This document shows positions 16,146 to 23,849 of a DNA stretch of 23,849 bases, piece after piece. Location: NCBI GenBank assembly GCA_041739995.1, contig JBGSMV010000069.1, forward strand, positions 1 to 23,849, read 5' to 3'. The stretch comes from Bdellovibrionota bacterium (GTDB taxonomy: Bacteria > Bdellovibrionota_C > UBA2361 > JBGSMV01). The notes under the pieces are model-generated. The model was not told the DNA's origin, made no database searches, and was given only the letters and a program-made list of their open reading frames with translations. How positions within the stretch are numbered: position 1 is the first letter of the stretch; each line of letters opens with the position of its first letter. The position numbers and the translations under genes are program-made.

Positions 16146-17627
16146 ATGCTTAAGGTCCTGGTTGTTGAAAGAACGGGTGAGGCGAGAGGTCGAGCCCATG
16201 AATTCATTCAAGGATTAGTGCCTAACGAAGCCTCGTCTCTTGAATACGTTCCTCGCATTGATTTGTGTGCATGTAGCCCTGAGGAGCTTCGCTTCCGCGA
16301 CTCTCCTGAAATTCTCATCATTGGTCCCTCCATTATTAACGAAGACATGGTTCAGGCGGGTGCGCTGCGTAAGTTGCATCCAAGTGCGGCGTGCATTGCG
16401 ATTCTGCCAGCGCGCAGAGCGGACCTCTCATCTGTTGAGCACCTAGCTCGGATGGGAATTGATGATGTGGTGTCTCCTGGAATCGACCCCGCGGACTTCC
16501 AACGACGGCTAGTTCTTCTGGCGCGACGAATCGCGAGACCGAAGACGGGTAAGCTTGTGCTCGTGGAGAGTGCAAAGGGGGGAGTGGGTGTTACCTCGAT
16601 GGTGGCCGCTCTTGCTGATGCCGCCATGCAGGAAGGGAATAAGGTTTGTGTTGTAGATCTTGATTTTGAGACGCAAGACCTTAGTCGATTTCTTCAGGCG
16701 CGGCCGTTTGTTTCCGAAGCGGTTCAGCAACTGCTCGATGGTGAAAGGGCAATTTCTTCAGAGTATATCGACCAGGCATGTGTCCCTGTACAGATAGGAG
16801 AAGGCGAGTTGTCCTGTGTTCCTCCTCCGCCAGAGACAGATGCAATGCATGAGAGTAGGGGTGAAATCTCAAGGCGCCTGGTAGGCATCACTGAAGCGTT
16901 AGATACCGAACATGACCTCGTGTTCATTGATGCTGGGGCGTGTCATGGAAATATGCTGCGAGTGCTCGAGCGTGTTTCGGATGTTGTAGTGTGTCTAGTT
17001 TCAAATGACCCGGCCGCCTTGTATGCCTCGTTAGAGAAGATTCGAAAGGTGCGCGCACAGATGACGCCCACTGCCCGTCTGTTGGTCCTGGAGAATGCTG
17101 CTGTGGGGACCGGGCTCGATCACAGTTTGTTGCGCGAGGAGTTCAAACGTTTGGCGGGACTTGAAGCGCATGAATGGGAAACTCCTGTGCCTTACTCGAA
17201 GTCAGCGACTACATGGCCTGGTTCGGGGAGCACGCTTTTCTCACTCATGAGCAAGGCGCAGCGAGTCTCTATATCTAAACTACTCTTGTCGATTGGTGCT
17301 CCGCGGCAGGGCGAGGCGGCACTTGAGGTGGAGCGAGTCTCTAAGGTGGGACTGCTTACCAGAGTGTTCGGCAAGCGAGGTAGGGTTGCGGATGCTAAGC
17401 TGGTTGAACTCCCGTCTGCACCAACACTTCCGCTCCTTGGTAGTGATGAGAGTAAAGTGGTCTCTCTCGCGCGACAGCGACATATAAAGTCTCAAACCAA
17501 TAACGATGCGTCTGTGTTTAAGGTCCTCCAGATTTCTGAGGGGACTGGAGAAGCGCTTGAGGCAGCGGGAGGCGAGGGAGCGGTGAGAGAAGCGAAAGCG
17601 CTTATCTCCAAGGCTTCTCTGGTTTGA
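16146..17627 (+). CDS. cpaE: CpaE/TadZ-like pilus localisation protein (receiver-like domain + MinD/ParA-type ATPase)
   Basis: N-terminal atypical receiver (MLKVLVVE...ARMGIDDVV); deviant Walker A SAKGGVGVTS, VCVVDLD, DLVFIDAG; lies directly before flp. GGGGAG RBS before ATG 16146 (track start 16107). Confidence 0.85.
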   Translation: MLKVLVVERTGEARGRAHEFIQGLVPNEASSLEYVPRIDLCACSPEELRFRDSPEILIIGPSIINEDMVQAGALRKLHPSAACIAILPARRADLSSVEHLARMGIDDVVSPGIDPADFQRRLVLLARRIARPKTGKLVLVESAKGGVGVTSMVAALADAAMQEGNKVCVVDLDFETQDLSRFLQARPFVSEAVQQLLDGERAISSEYIDQACVPVQIGEGELSCVPPPPETDAMHESRGEISRRLVGITEALDTEHDLVFIDAGACHGNMLRVLERVSDVVVCLVSNDPAALYASLEKIRKVRAQMTPTARLLVLENAAVGTGLDHSLLREEFKRLAGLEAHEWETPVPYSKSATTWPGSGSTLFSLMSKAQRVSISKLLLSIGAPRQGEAALEVERVSKVGLLTRVFGKRGRVADAKLVELPSAPTLPLLGSDESKVVSLARQRHIKSQTNNDASVFKVLQISEGTGEALEAAGGEGAVREAKALISKASLV

Positions 17628-17664
17628 GGCGGGATGAAATATTGTACAAAAGAGTAGGAGTAGT

Positions 17665-17859
17665 ATGAAAACCTTTCAGATATTGAAGACTAAGAATAAA
17701 GAAGCTGGCTTTAGTTTGCTGGAGTACGGCGTCGGCGCGGCTGTGATTTTAACCGTGGTCTTTATAGCGATGGGGGACTTGGGTAACTCGATGTCCGGAT
17801 TGCTGAATTCAATCGGGGGTTGGGCCGAGCAGCGAGCTGGAGAAATCGACGGTCAATAG
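17665..17859 (+). CDS. flp: Flp family major pilin
   Basis: 64 aa; leader ending EAG|FSLLEYG (E+5, Y+6 Flp motif), hydrophobic helix, AGGAG RBS; lies upstream of cpaB. Confidence 0.88.
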   Translation: MKTFQILKTKNKEAGFSLLEYGVGAAVILTVVFIAMGDLGNSMSGLLNSIGGWAEQRAGEIDGQ

Positions 17860-17877
17860 TTGATGAGGAAAGGACCT

Positions 17878-18774
17878 ATGGTAGCCCGAGTAGAGAAAAA
17901 TCAGCGGAAGATGCGGCGTGGGGCCGGCACCAAGCTTTTGGCGCCGACGATTCTGCTTGCAGCTTCCTTGATTGCGGGCGCCATAGTTCTAAAGCCTTCG
18001 GCGCGCGACACAGAGGCGGTGGCGAGAGCCCCGCAATTAGTCGGAGAGTTCGATCAGGTACAGGTCCCTGTCCCTTCGAAGCTTGTCCCAATTGGGACGC
18101 GCCTGAAGGACGTTCGATTTACGCGAGTGGCGTTTCCGGCCCATCAGGTGCCATCAGGTGCCTTGACCGATGTCTCGCCGTTTTTGGAGGCGATGGCAAT
18201 CGCGCCGCTCCCCGCCAATTTGCCCATATTTAGCGAGAACCTTTCGCTTACGTCATCTTCGACGAATCCTGTAATCGAGAGAATTCCGGATGGAATGCGG
18301 GCAATGACGTTGCGTGTCGATGCTACTGCGGCTGTGGAAGGTTGGGCTGGATCTGGTTCCGTGGTGGACATTGCTCTTATTGAGAGCGAGCGAACCACAG
18401 TAGTGGCGGAGCGGGTTAAAATTCTTTCTGCCGAGCGTTCCGTCATCCCCGTAGATGGGAGCACGCCGAATGTGCCGTCTACAGTCACTCTGTTGGTGAC
18501 TCAAGATCAATTTCTCGCAGTCTCAACTGCGGTAGGGAAGGGGAAAATTACGTTTGCGTTACGCTCCTCTCGGGACGAAGGCTCTTGGCAAGAAAATACG
18601 TTCTCAGCGCCTAGTTTACATAAACGTGCTGCCGCTGAACCGGTGTCGGTGTCCGGAGCCATGATCGACGCGAAGGGTCGAAAGCTTGTCTTGGTTAACG
18701 GTAGGTGGTCTGAGTCGACGGTGGTGCCTGAGGGCTTTCTCCGTGGGGCAGGCACCGAAGCAAAATCTGAATAA
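17878..18774 (+). CDS. cpaB: Flp pilus assembly protein CpaB/RcpC
   Basis: N-terminal TM, SAF-like domain (VPIGTRLKDV), IPDGMRAMTLRVD..AVEGW..SGSVVDI, TVTLLVT and GKITFALRS RcpC motifs. Start may be 17860, 17863 or 17878. Confidence 0.92.
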   Translation: MVARVEKNQRKMRRGAGTKLLAPTILLAASLIAGAIVLKPSARDTEAVARAPQLVGEFDQVQVPVPSKLVPIGTRLKDVRFTRVAFPAHQVPSGALTDVSPFLEAMAIAPLPANLPIFSENLSLTSSSTNPVIERIPDGMRAMTLRVDATAAVEGWAGSGSVVDIALIESERTTVVAERVKILSAERSVIPVDGSTPNVPSTVTLLVTQDQFLAVSTAVGKGKITFALRSSRDEGSWQENTFSAPSLHKRAAAEPVSVSGAMIDAKGRKLVLVNGRWSESTVVPEGFLRGAGTEAKSE

Positions 18775-18811
18775 GCGAAGCTGAGTAGTTTATCGCCTAG
18801 AGAGGTTCCCG

Positions 18812-20191
18812 ATGAAAGCAGCGGACAATCATGGAAGAAGGTTGGCGCTGCTGCCGGTTCCCGTAGAGGGAGCTTCTGGCGTAGGGAGTTCTCGCACCAA
18901 TGCCCTCACTCCTGTCCTACAGCAAATTCTTCGCGAAGCGCGCCAAGAGCTTGGCGTATCCTTGCTTGAGGGGAGTGCTTCGGGAACCGAAGTAGAGGTG
19001 GTGGTAGCTGAGGCATGCGAGCGCTTAGGAATAAAGCTAACTACTCTCGAGCGCGATCTTGTAGTTGCAGAGCTGGAGAAGGAGTCTCGACCCTTTGGCC
19101 CACTTGAGCCGCTTGTCAACGATGTCTCCGTCAGTGACATTATCATCACTGGTTTTGATAAAATTAATGTTCAGCAGGGACGAAGAAATTTTCTTACCGA
19201 CATTCGCTTTCCGTCGCAGACGGACTACGAGGCGTTTGTTGAGCGTCTATTAATGAAAGCTGGCACCACCTACTCGACGAAGAAACCAGTAGCTGATGGC
19301 ATGATGGATGGTTTCGCGCGAATTCACGTCGTCCATCGCTGTTTGTGTGCTGAGGGAGAGGGTCCATACCTGACGATTCGATTGAATCGTTACGCGTCTG
19401 TGCGCACCGGTGATCTTATCAAGGCAGGGCTCGCACCAGCTGAGGTATTTCGTTATCTAGAAGGAATCGTCCGCGTTGGCCGAACTGTCTTGATTGTGGG
19501 CGAAGTCGGTGCTGGAAAGACAACTTTGGCTCGCGCGCTTGCGGCGAGCATTCCAGAGGATGAATCGATTCTCGTAATTGAAGACACCCCGGAGATAAAG
19601 CTGGACCACCGCCTTGTCCGTTCAGTAGTTACGCGCGAGGCAAACACGGACGGTGTTGGGCGCATGCCGCCAGCTGAGCTGATTCGAGCTGGGATGCGTA
19701 TGGCAATGAACCGAATAATCTTCGGTGAAATGCGAGATGCAGAGGCCGCCGAAGCGTTTATTGACGTATGCGCGTCGGGGCATCCGGGGCTCTCAACCAT
19801 TCATGCTCGTTCAGCCGCAGAGGCACTTACGCGACTAGAGCTGTTTTTAGGGCGCGCTCAAAGAGGCGTATCTAGAGAAGTACTCAGCCAGCAAATGGTT
19901 ACTGCAGTAGCGGTAATCGTGTATGTCGATCTGTGTCGCGAGACGGGGCGTCGAAGAATCATGGAAATAAAGGAAATTGGACCAGTTGCGGATGGAAGGA
20001 TCCGTGAGCGCGACATGTTTGGGTATCGTGTCGAAGAGGGTGTGCCTGTGTGGAGTGTTGCCCAAAAAGTGTCCGCGCATCGCTCGCTACTGGAGCGCCT
20101 TGATCAGCCGGTGGTTCTATCTGAGTTTCCACAAGAGCTGACAGTGGATCTGAGCTCCGAGTTCGCGCATGCCGCTGGGAGGACGTACTGA
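18812..20191 (+). CDS. tadA: Tad pilus assembly ATPase TadA/CpaF
   Basis: FGPLEPLVNDVSVSDIII, Walker A GEVGAGKTT, Asp box IEDTPEI, Walker B IIFGEMRD, His box SGHPGLSTIHARSA, GRRRIMEI. Confidence 0.95.
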   Translation: MKAADNHGRRLALLPVPVEGASGVGSSRTNALTPVLQQILREARQELGVSLLEGSASGTEVEVVVAEACERLGIKLTTLERDLVVAELEKESRPFGPLEPLVNDVSVSDIIITGFDKINVQQGRRNFLTDIRFPSQTDYEAFVERLLMKAGTTYSTKKPVADGMMDGFARIHVVHRCLCAEGEGPYLTIRLNRYASVRTGDLIKAGLAPAEVFRYLEGIVRVGRTVLIVGEVGAGKTTLARALAASIPEDESILVIEDTPEIKLDHRLVRSVVTREANTDGVGRMPPAELIRAGMRMAMNRIIFGEMRDAEAAEAFIDVCASGHPGLSTIHARSAAEALTRLELFLGRAQRGVSREVLSQQMVTAVAVIVYVDLCRETGRRRIMEIKEIGPVADGRIRERDMFGYRVEEGVPVWSVAQKVSAHRSLLERLDQPVVLSEFPQELTVDLSSEFAHAAGRTY

Positions 20192-21060
20192 TGCGTTATT
20201 CACCAGCAAAGAAACTTGAGCGCGCACATGTCATCATGGGGCAATCGGAGGATGCCGCAGTGCCGCGGGGAAAGCGTGCGGTACGCCTGGGTGCTGAGAA
20301 GCATGTTTCAGAGACTCTTGGGCAGATCACCTCGGAGCTCCTGTATGCGGGTCTCACACCGGAGTATCTCCGAACCGTAGCGTTGCATTCTGCGCTTGCG
20401 GGGATGGCGTGCGGGGTTGTGGCTCTGGTGTCGGGGGTGTCCCTGATTGTTGTCCTGGCGCTGGTAGTCCCAGTGGTGCACTGGTTTCGAGTGAAATCTA
20501 TGGCGGCTCGGCGCGCGTTATCGTTTGAGCGAGACTATACGGCATTCCTGTTGGCATTAGCCTCCTCGGTCCGAGCTGGACTTGACCCATTGAATGCAAT
20601 GATTAAGTGCGTGGAGCTGTTCCCGAAGGATAGCGAAGTGCGCAGTGCGATTTCAAAGTTGAAGGTGGATATTGATTCTGGGCGTACGGAGGAGGCGGCT
20701 TTTGGTCGCTTTGCGGAGGATATCCGCCATCCCGACATTGGGCTGTTTTCAACCGCGATTGTCTTGGCACGGCGAGAAGGGTCCTCGCTTGGTGGGTGTT
20801 TGGAGCGCCTCGCTCGGGTGACAAGGCAGCGGCAAAGTTTTCGTAGGAAGACAAGGGCGGCTGTCGCGATGCAACGCATGAGTGCGATAGGGCTCGCATT
20901 TATTGCGATTCTGATCATAGGCATTCAGTTCATCGGGAATCCGGAAAGTTTGCGTGTGGCCTTGGCAACGGACTTCGGGTTTCGCGCGATGACGATTGGG
21001 ACTCTCGCAATAGTCTCCGGAATTATCTGGATGATCCGGCTCGCGAGGACTCGCATATGA
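20191..21060 (+). CDS. tadB: TadB-like inner-membrane platform protein (T2SS F domain)
   Basis: TM pair; LLALASSVRAG, AIVLARREGSSLGGCLERLA; C-terminal TMs; TGATG coupling to tadA. Confidence 0.9.
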   Translation: MRYSPAKKLERAHVIMGQSEDAAVPRGKRAVRLGAEKHVSETLGQITSELLYAGLTPEYLRTVALHSALAGMACGVVALVSGVSLIVVLALVVPVVHWFRVKSMAARRALSFERDYTAFLLALASSVRAGLDPLNAMIKCVELFPKDSEVRSAISKLKVDIDSGRTEEAAFGRFAEDIRHPDIGLFSTAIVLARREGSSLGGCLERLARVTRQRQSFRRKTRAAVAMQRMSAIGLAFIAILIIGIQFIGNPESLRVALATDFGFRAMTIGTLAIVSGIIWMIRLARTRI

Positions 21061-22016
21061 TGGAAGTGGTACTGCTCGCACTGTCTGTTGGCGCGGCGTG
21101 CGTGTCGCTCTTGTTGATGGTTCGAGCCTCATCGCGTTCAGCTGTGGAAGTGCATGAGGACTTATTAGCCGCTCAGGACGCCCGAGTGGAAAAGGAAGCT
21201 GCTGAGGCGGCAGGGCGCCTTAAGATTGATGGAGAGCGAATTTATCTAAATGATGAGTTTGCCGCACATGGCCTTCTCACGGATAGGCAGCGCAGAGCAT
21301 TTAAGTCGGGAAACCGAATTAGAATCGTCTATGGTGCGCTCGTTGGTGTTGGAGCTGGACTTTGGATTGCGAATAACCCCGTTAACTTTGGGCTCATGAT
21401 CCTGTGTGGTGCCGCTGTGGGGTGGTTGCTTGCGCGGAATTCGCTTAAAGCGAACCAGCGCAGATTTTTTCGTGAAATTGAGTATCTGCTTCCGATTGTG
21501 ATGGAGCGACTGGTAATGGCAGTCCAGGCTGGGCACGATATATTAGCCTCGGTTGGCCAAGTGTTGCGCGTTGAGGGAGAGGCTAGAAAACATAAGCGGG
21601 TCAAGTTTGTAAAGTCTTACGACCCTGTGACGCAGCTCTTGCATGTCGTCTACTCGATGACAGAGAGCGGGTGTAGTTTTGAGGCGGCGCTGAGCTATGT
21701 AGCTCAACGAGTTGAGTCTGCCCCACTTAGACATGCGTTCATTCATTTAGGAATTGCGCACCGAGAAGGTGGGGAGCTCATTAAGCCTCTTCGAGAGCTC
21801 GCTGACGCCACTCAGCTATATTTTCAGGAGACTGTTGAGGAAGAGATAGCGAAGATGCCAATTCGCGCCACTATGCCTTTGGTACTTACTTTTACGGGGC
21901 TCATTATATTTTTCGTTACGGCGCCTATTTCCCAAGTTTCAGAAATTGCCGAGAAGGCTGCTCCGCGATCGGGGTCGAGCAAGACCCAACAACAGCATCC
22001 GAGGAGGGGGTTGTGA
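21057..22016 (+). CDS. tadC: TadC-like inner-membrane platform protein (T2SS F domain)
   Basis: LPIVMERLVMAVQAG, EAALSYVA, GGELIKPLRELAD, EEEIAKMPIRATMPLV; second GspF-type gene after tadB with ATGA overlap. Confidence 0.9.
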   Translation: MMEVVLLALSVGAACVSLLLMVRASSRSAVEVHEDLLAAQDARVEKEAAEAAGRLKIDGERIYLNDEFAAHGLLTDRQRRAFKSGNRIRIVYGALVGVGAGLWIANNPVNFGLMILCGAAVGWLLARNSLKANQRRFFREIEYLLPIVMERLVMAVQAGHDILASVGQVLRVEGEARKHKRVKFVKSYDPVTQLLHVVYSMTESGCSFEAALSYVAQRVESAPLRHAFIHLGIAHREGGELIKPLRELADATQLYFQETVEEEIAKMPIRATMPLVLTFTGLIIFFVTAPISQVSEIAEKAAPRSGSSKTQQQHPRRGL

Positions 22017-23467
22017 GAAGTCGAGCTAGTCAGTGTGGCTCCGTAACGCTTCTTGTGGCCGTCACCATTCTACCGCTGCTGTTTCTTGGATTGGCGCTTT
22101 CGGTTGATATGGCGAATTACTATGGAGATACCCGAGCGGTGCAGTCGGCGCTAGACGATGCCGCGATGCACGCCTATCGCTTTTTGCCTTATCAGGCGGA
22201 CGCGGAGCGAGCGGCCACATCATACCTTGCTACAAGATATCCACAGTACTTTGAGAACGGACAAAATGTGGAGATGAGGGTTACCGGAGATGCGATAGCG
22301 CTTCGCTATGTGGGGAGGAGTCCTCTAGTCTTTCCGAGACTGTTTGGGCTCCTCACACAGAGTGACGTGCCAGAGGATATCTCGATCGCAGCGACGGGCG
22401 TCGCTCGTGGTACTGCGATGGATGTGTTTATTGCGTTGGATGCATCAGCGCAGTACATGGCACCACCTCTTGCGGGTCCTGCGTGGGAAAGTGACACAGA
22501 CTGGCCGGCGGCAGGGTTCTTTCAGAATCTTCATACTTTCATTGGCGCAGATGGACAGCCAATCGATGCGCGAGTTGCGACGCAGCAGTGTTGGAACCCG
22601 GCGCTGGGAATGGTCAAGAGGGCTGCGCTTCGAACTTATCAGTACTTTAGTGCCTTCAATCGGGATCAGGTGGGTGTAGGGGTTTTCCCGGGGTATGGCG
22701 CATATGTAGATGTGCTTCGCGACGTGTTGCCACTTGATGTTCCGGTAGAAAGTGGAGCAGAAGCCAAGTGGGTTGATTTCTATGGTGAGGCAAGAGGGGA
22801 TGCTTACTGTGCGGGCGCTGCGGAACGAGAAGTGAACGAGGCTAAGTATCGCCTGCCATCTAACATGGAGAACCTGCCTACGTGGACACCGCCGAGCGGG
22901 GCGCCGGCTCAAATGGTCGTGCCGCCAACGTGGAATTTTGATCCTGACTACGCAAGCTACCTTCGGGTGTCGCAAGCAATCTGGTCGGCGGCAAGCAGAG
23001 ATGGTGGGATGCCTGAGTTCGCTTCATTGCTCCAGTACTCGGCATCGATGTTGCTTGGAGCGCCAATTCTCGAAACCCGCACGTCGTTGAAAATGCAAAC
23101 AATGAAGATAGGTTTCATATTTGCAGGAGACCTGCCTTGGGTTGCGGGAACTAGATGGACTCCTGGTGGCCCCAGCGAGCCGGCGCTTAGGCAATCTCTG
23201 CAGAATCTTCGAAGCTTTGTGGAACAGGATCTAGAAAGCTTAGACATGCGCCTACAATACTATTATGTCCTGTTTGATCACCCTGGTAACGGGGGCGTAG
23301 GAGCTCTGGTCGATGAGTTGCAGGCCGTGTTTGATGATGAGTTAGGAACAGAAGAGTCGTCGCGCGTTAAGGTAGATGTGGTTTTTGCGCAAAGTGCAGA
23401 ACGCTTCGGGCGTGAGATGCTTCCGCCGCTGTTGCTCACCAAGCGAAATGTGATGGTGTCTCAATGA
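22013..23467 (+). CDS. tadG: TadG-like minor pilin with degenerate vWA-like domain
   Basis: QCG|SVTLLVAVTILPLLFLGLALSVDMA...VQSALDDAAMHA Tad N-terminal domain; MDVFIALDAS vWA-like first strand; GTGA overlap with tadC. Confidence 0.78.
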   Translation: MRSRASQCGSVTLLVAVTILPLLFLGLALSVDMANYYGDTRAVQSALDDAAMHAYRFLPYQADAERAATSYLATRYPQYFENGQNVEMRVTGDAIALRYVGRSPLVFPRLFGLLTQSDVPEDISIAATGVARGTAMDVFIALDASAQYMAPPLAGPAWESDTDWPAAGFFQNLHTFIGADGQPIDARVATQQCWNPALGMVKRAALRTYQYFSAFNRDQVGVGVFPGYGAYVDVLRDVLPLDVPVESGAEAKWVDFYGEARGDAYCAGAAEREVNEAKYRLPSNMENLPTWTPPSGAPAQMVVPPTWNFDPDYASYLRVSQAIWSAASRDGGMPEFASLLQYSASMLLGAPILETRTSLKMQTMKIGFIFAGDLPWVAGTRWTPGGPSEPALRQSLQNLRSFVEQDLESLDMRLQYYYVLFDHPGNGGVGALVDELQAVFDDELGTEESSRVKVDVVFAQSAERFGREMLPPLLLTKRNVMVSQ

Positions 23468-23849
23468 AAGCTCGATCTCATTGCATAGAGGGCGGCATGG
23501 CTCTCCTTGAGGCGGCGATAGTGTCCGTGTTGCTTATGACTCTGGTGATCGGAGGCATTGCGGCGCGGCAAATCATAACCCGAGTTGATGAGGTGCGTTC
23601 GATCGCTAATCGACCGCTTCTCCAGATGTCAGTGAAGCCGCTTGAGATTAGGTTCACTCCGACAGGGGAGCCTGAAGTGCGTGTGCACATAGATAGACTT
23701 AGCGTGGGAATACGGGAGGCTGCCGAAGCAGCCGAGATTCAGCTCCGGCAGGCCCTTTCCAATAATGGAACCCCGGAAGAGCCATTCTTTATTGAGGCTA
23801 AGTTTGCGGTAGTACATGTGGACCCTTCTACGGGGAGGCCAACTGGGCA
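23464..23849 (+). CDS. TadE-like pseudopilin, 3'-truncated by window edge (not in ORF track)
   Basis: ATG 23464 overlaps the tadG stop (ATGA); MKARSHCIEGG|MALLEAAIVSVLLMTLVIGGIAA has G|xxxxE and a hydrophobic helix; frame stays open to the window end. Confidence 0.8.
   Translation, partial: MKARSHCIEGGMALLEAAIVSVLLMTLVIGGIAARQIITRVDEVRSIANRPLLQMSVKPLEIRFTPTGEPEVRVHIDRLSVGIREAAEAAEIQLRQALSNNGTPEEPFFIEAKFAVVHVDPSTGRPTG

Noticed and set aside
18812..20191. ATPase as the T4SS TrbB/VirB11
   Set aside because: Its cpaB-tadB-tadC context and CpaF-type N-terminal extension identify it as TadA; trbB would be expected upstream of trbE, outside the window.
723..23247. Numerous 60-180 aa antisense or alternate-frame ORFs within trb and tad genes
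   Set aside because: They lie over well-supported genes and lack independent motifs, as expected for shadow ORFs.
23478..23817. Two short minus-strand ORFs at the window end
   Set aside because: They are shadows of the plus-strand TadE-like gene starting at 23464.
1..23849. oriT, relaxase, integrase, att sites, tRNA/rRNA, intrinsic terminators
   Set aside because: None recognisable by eye; no convincing hairpin plus U-tract after the operons.

Overview
Bacterial DNA with two co-oriented envelope machines. (1) 1-7690 is a P-type (Trb) type IV secretion gene set in the order trbE(5'-truncated)-trbJ-trbL-[inserted unknown gene]-trbF-trbG-trbI. It is followed directly by ssb, a small lipoprotein made of one VirB9/TrbG-like domain, and a giant (~814 aa) Cys-rich TadE-like pseudopilin. 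(2) 14776 to the window end is a Tad/Flp pilus locus: two unknown genes, cpaE/tadZ, flp, cpaB, tadA/cpaF, tadB, tadC, tadG-like and tadE-like (3'-truncated). No secretin, TadD or prepilin peptidase gene is visible, and a sigma54-type promoter layout lies upstream. Between the two machines is a ~3.6 kb mixed-orientation patch with a PCMT-like methyltransferase remnant, a DUF4124-like secreted protein and a secreted beta-propeller-like protein. The most unusual observation is that the unknown gene inside the trb cluster and the unknown gene heading the tad locus look like distant paralogues. Together with the Tad-type pilin placed behind the trb genes, this suggests a linked Trb-T4SS + Tad contact system. 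All family calls are from motif recognition by eye; no searches were run.
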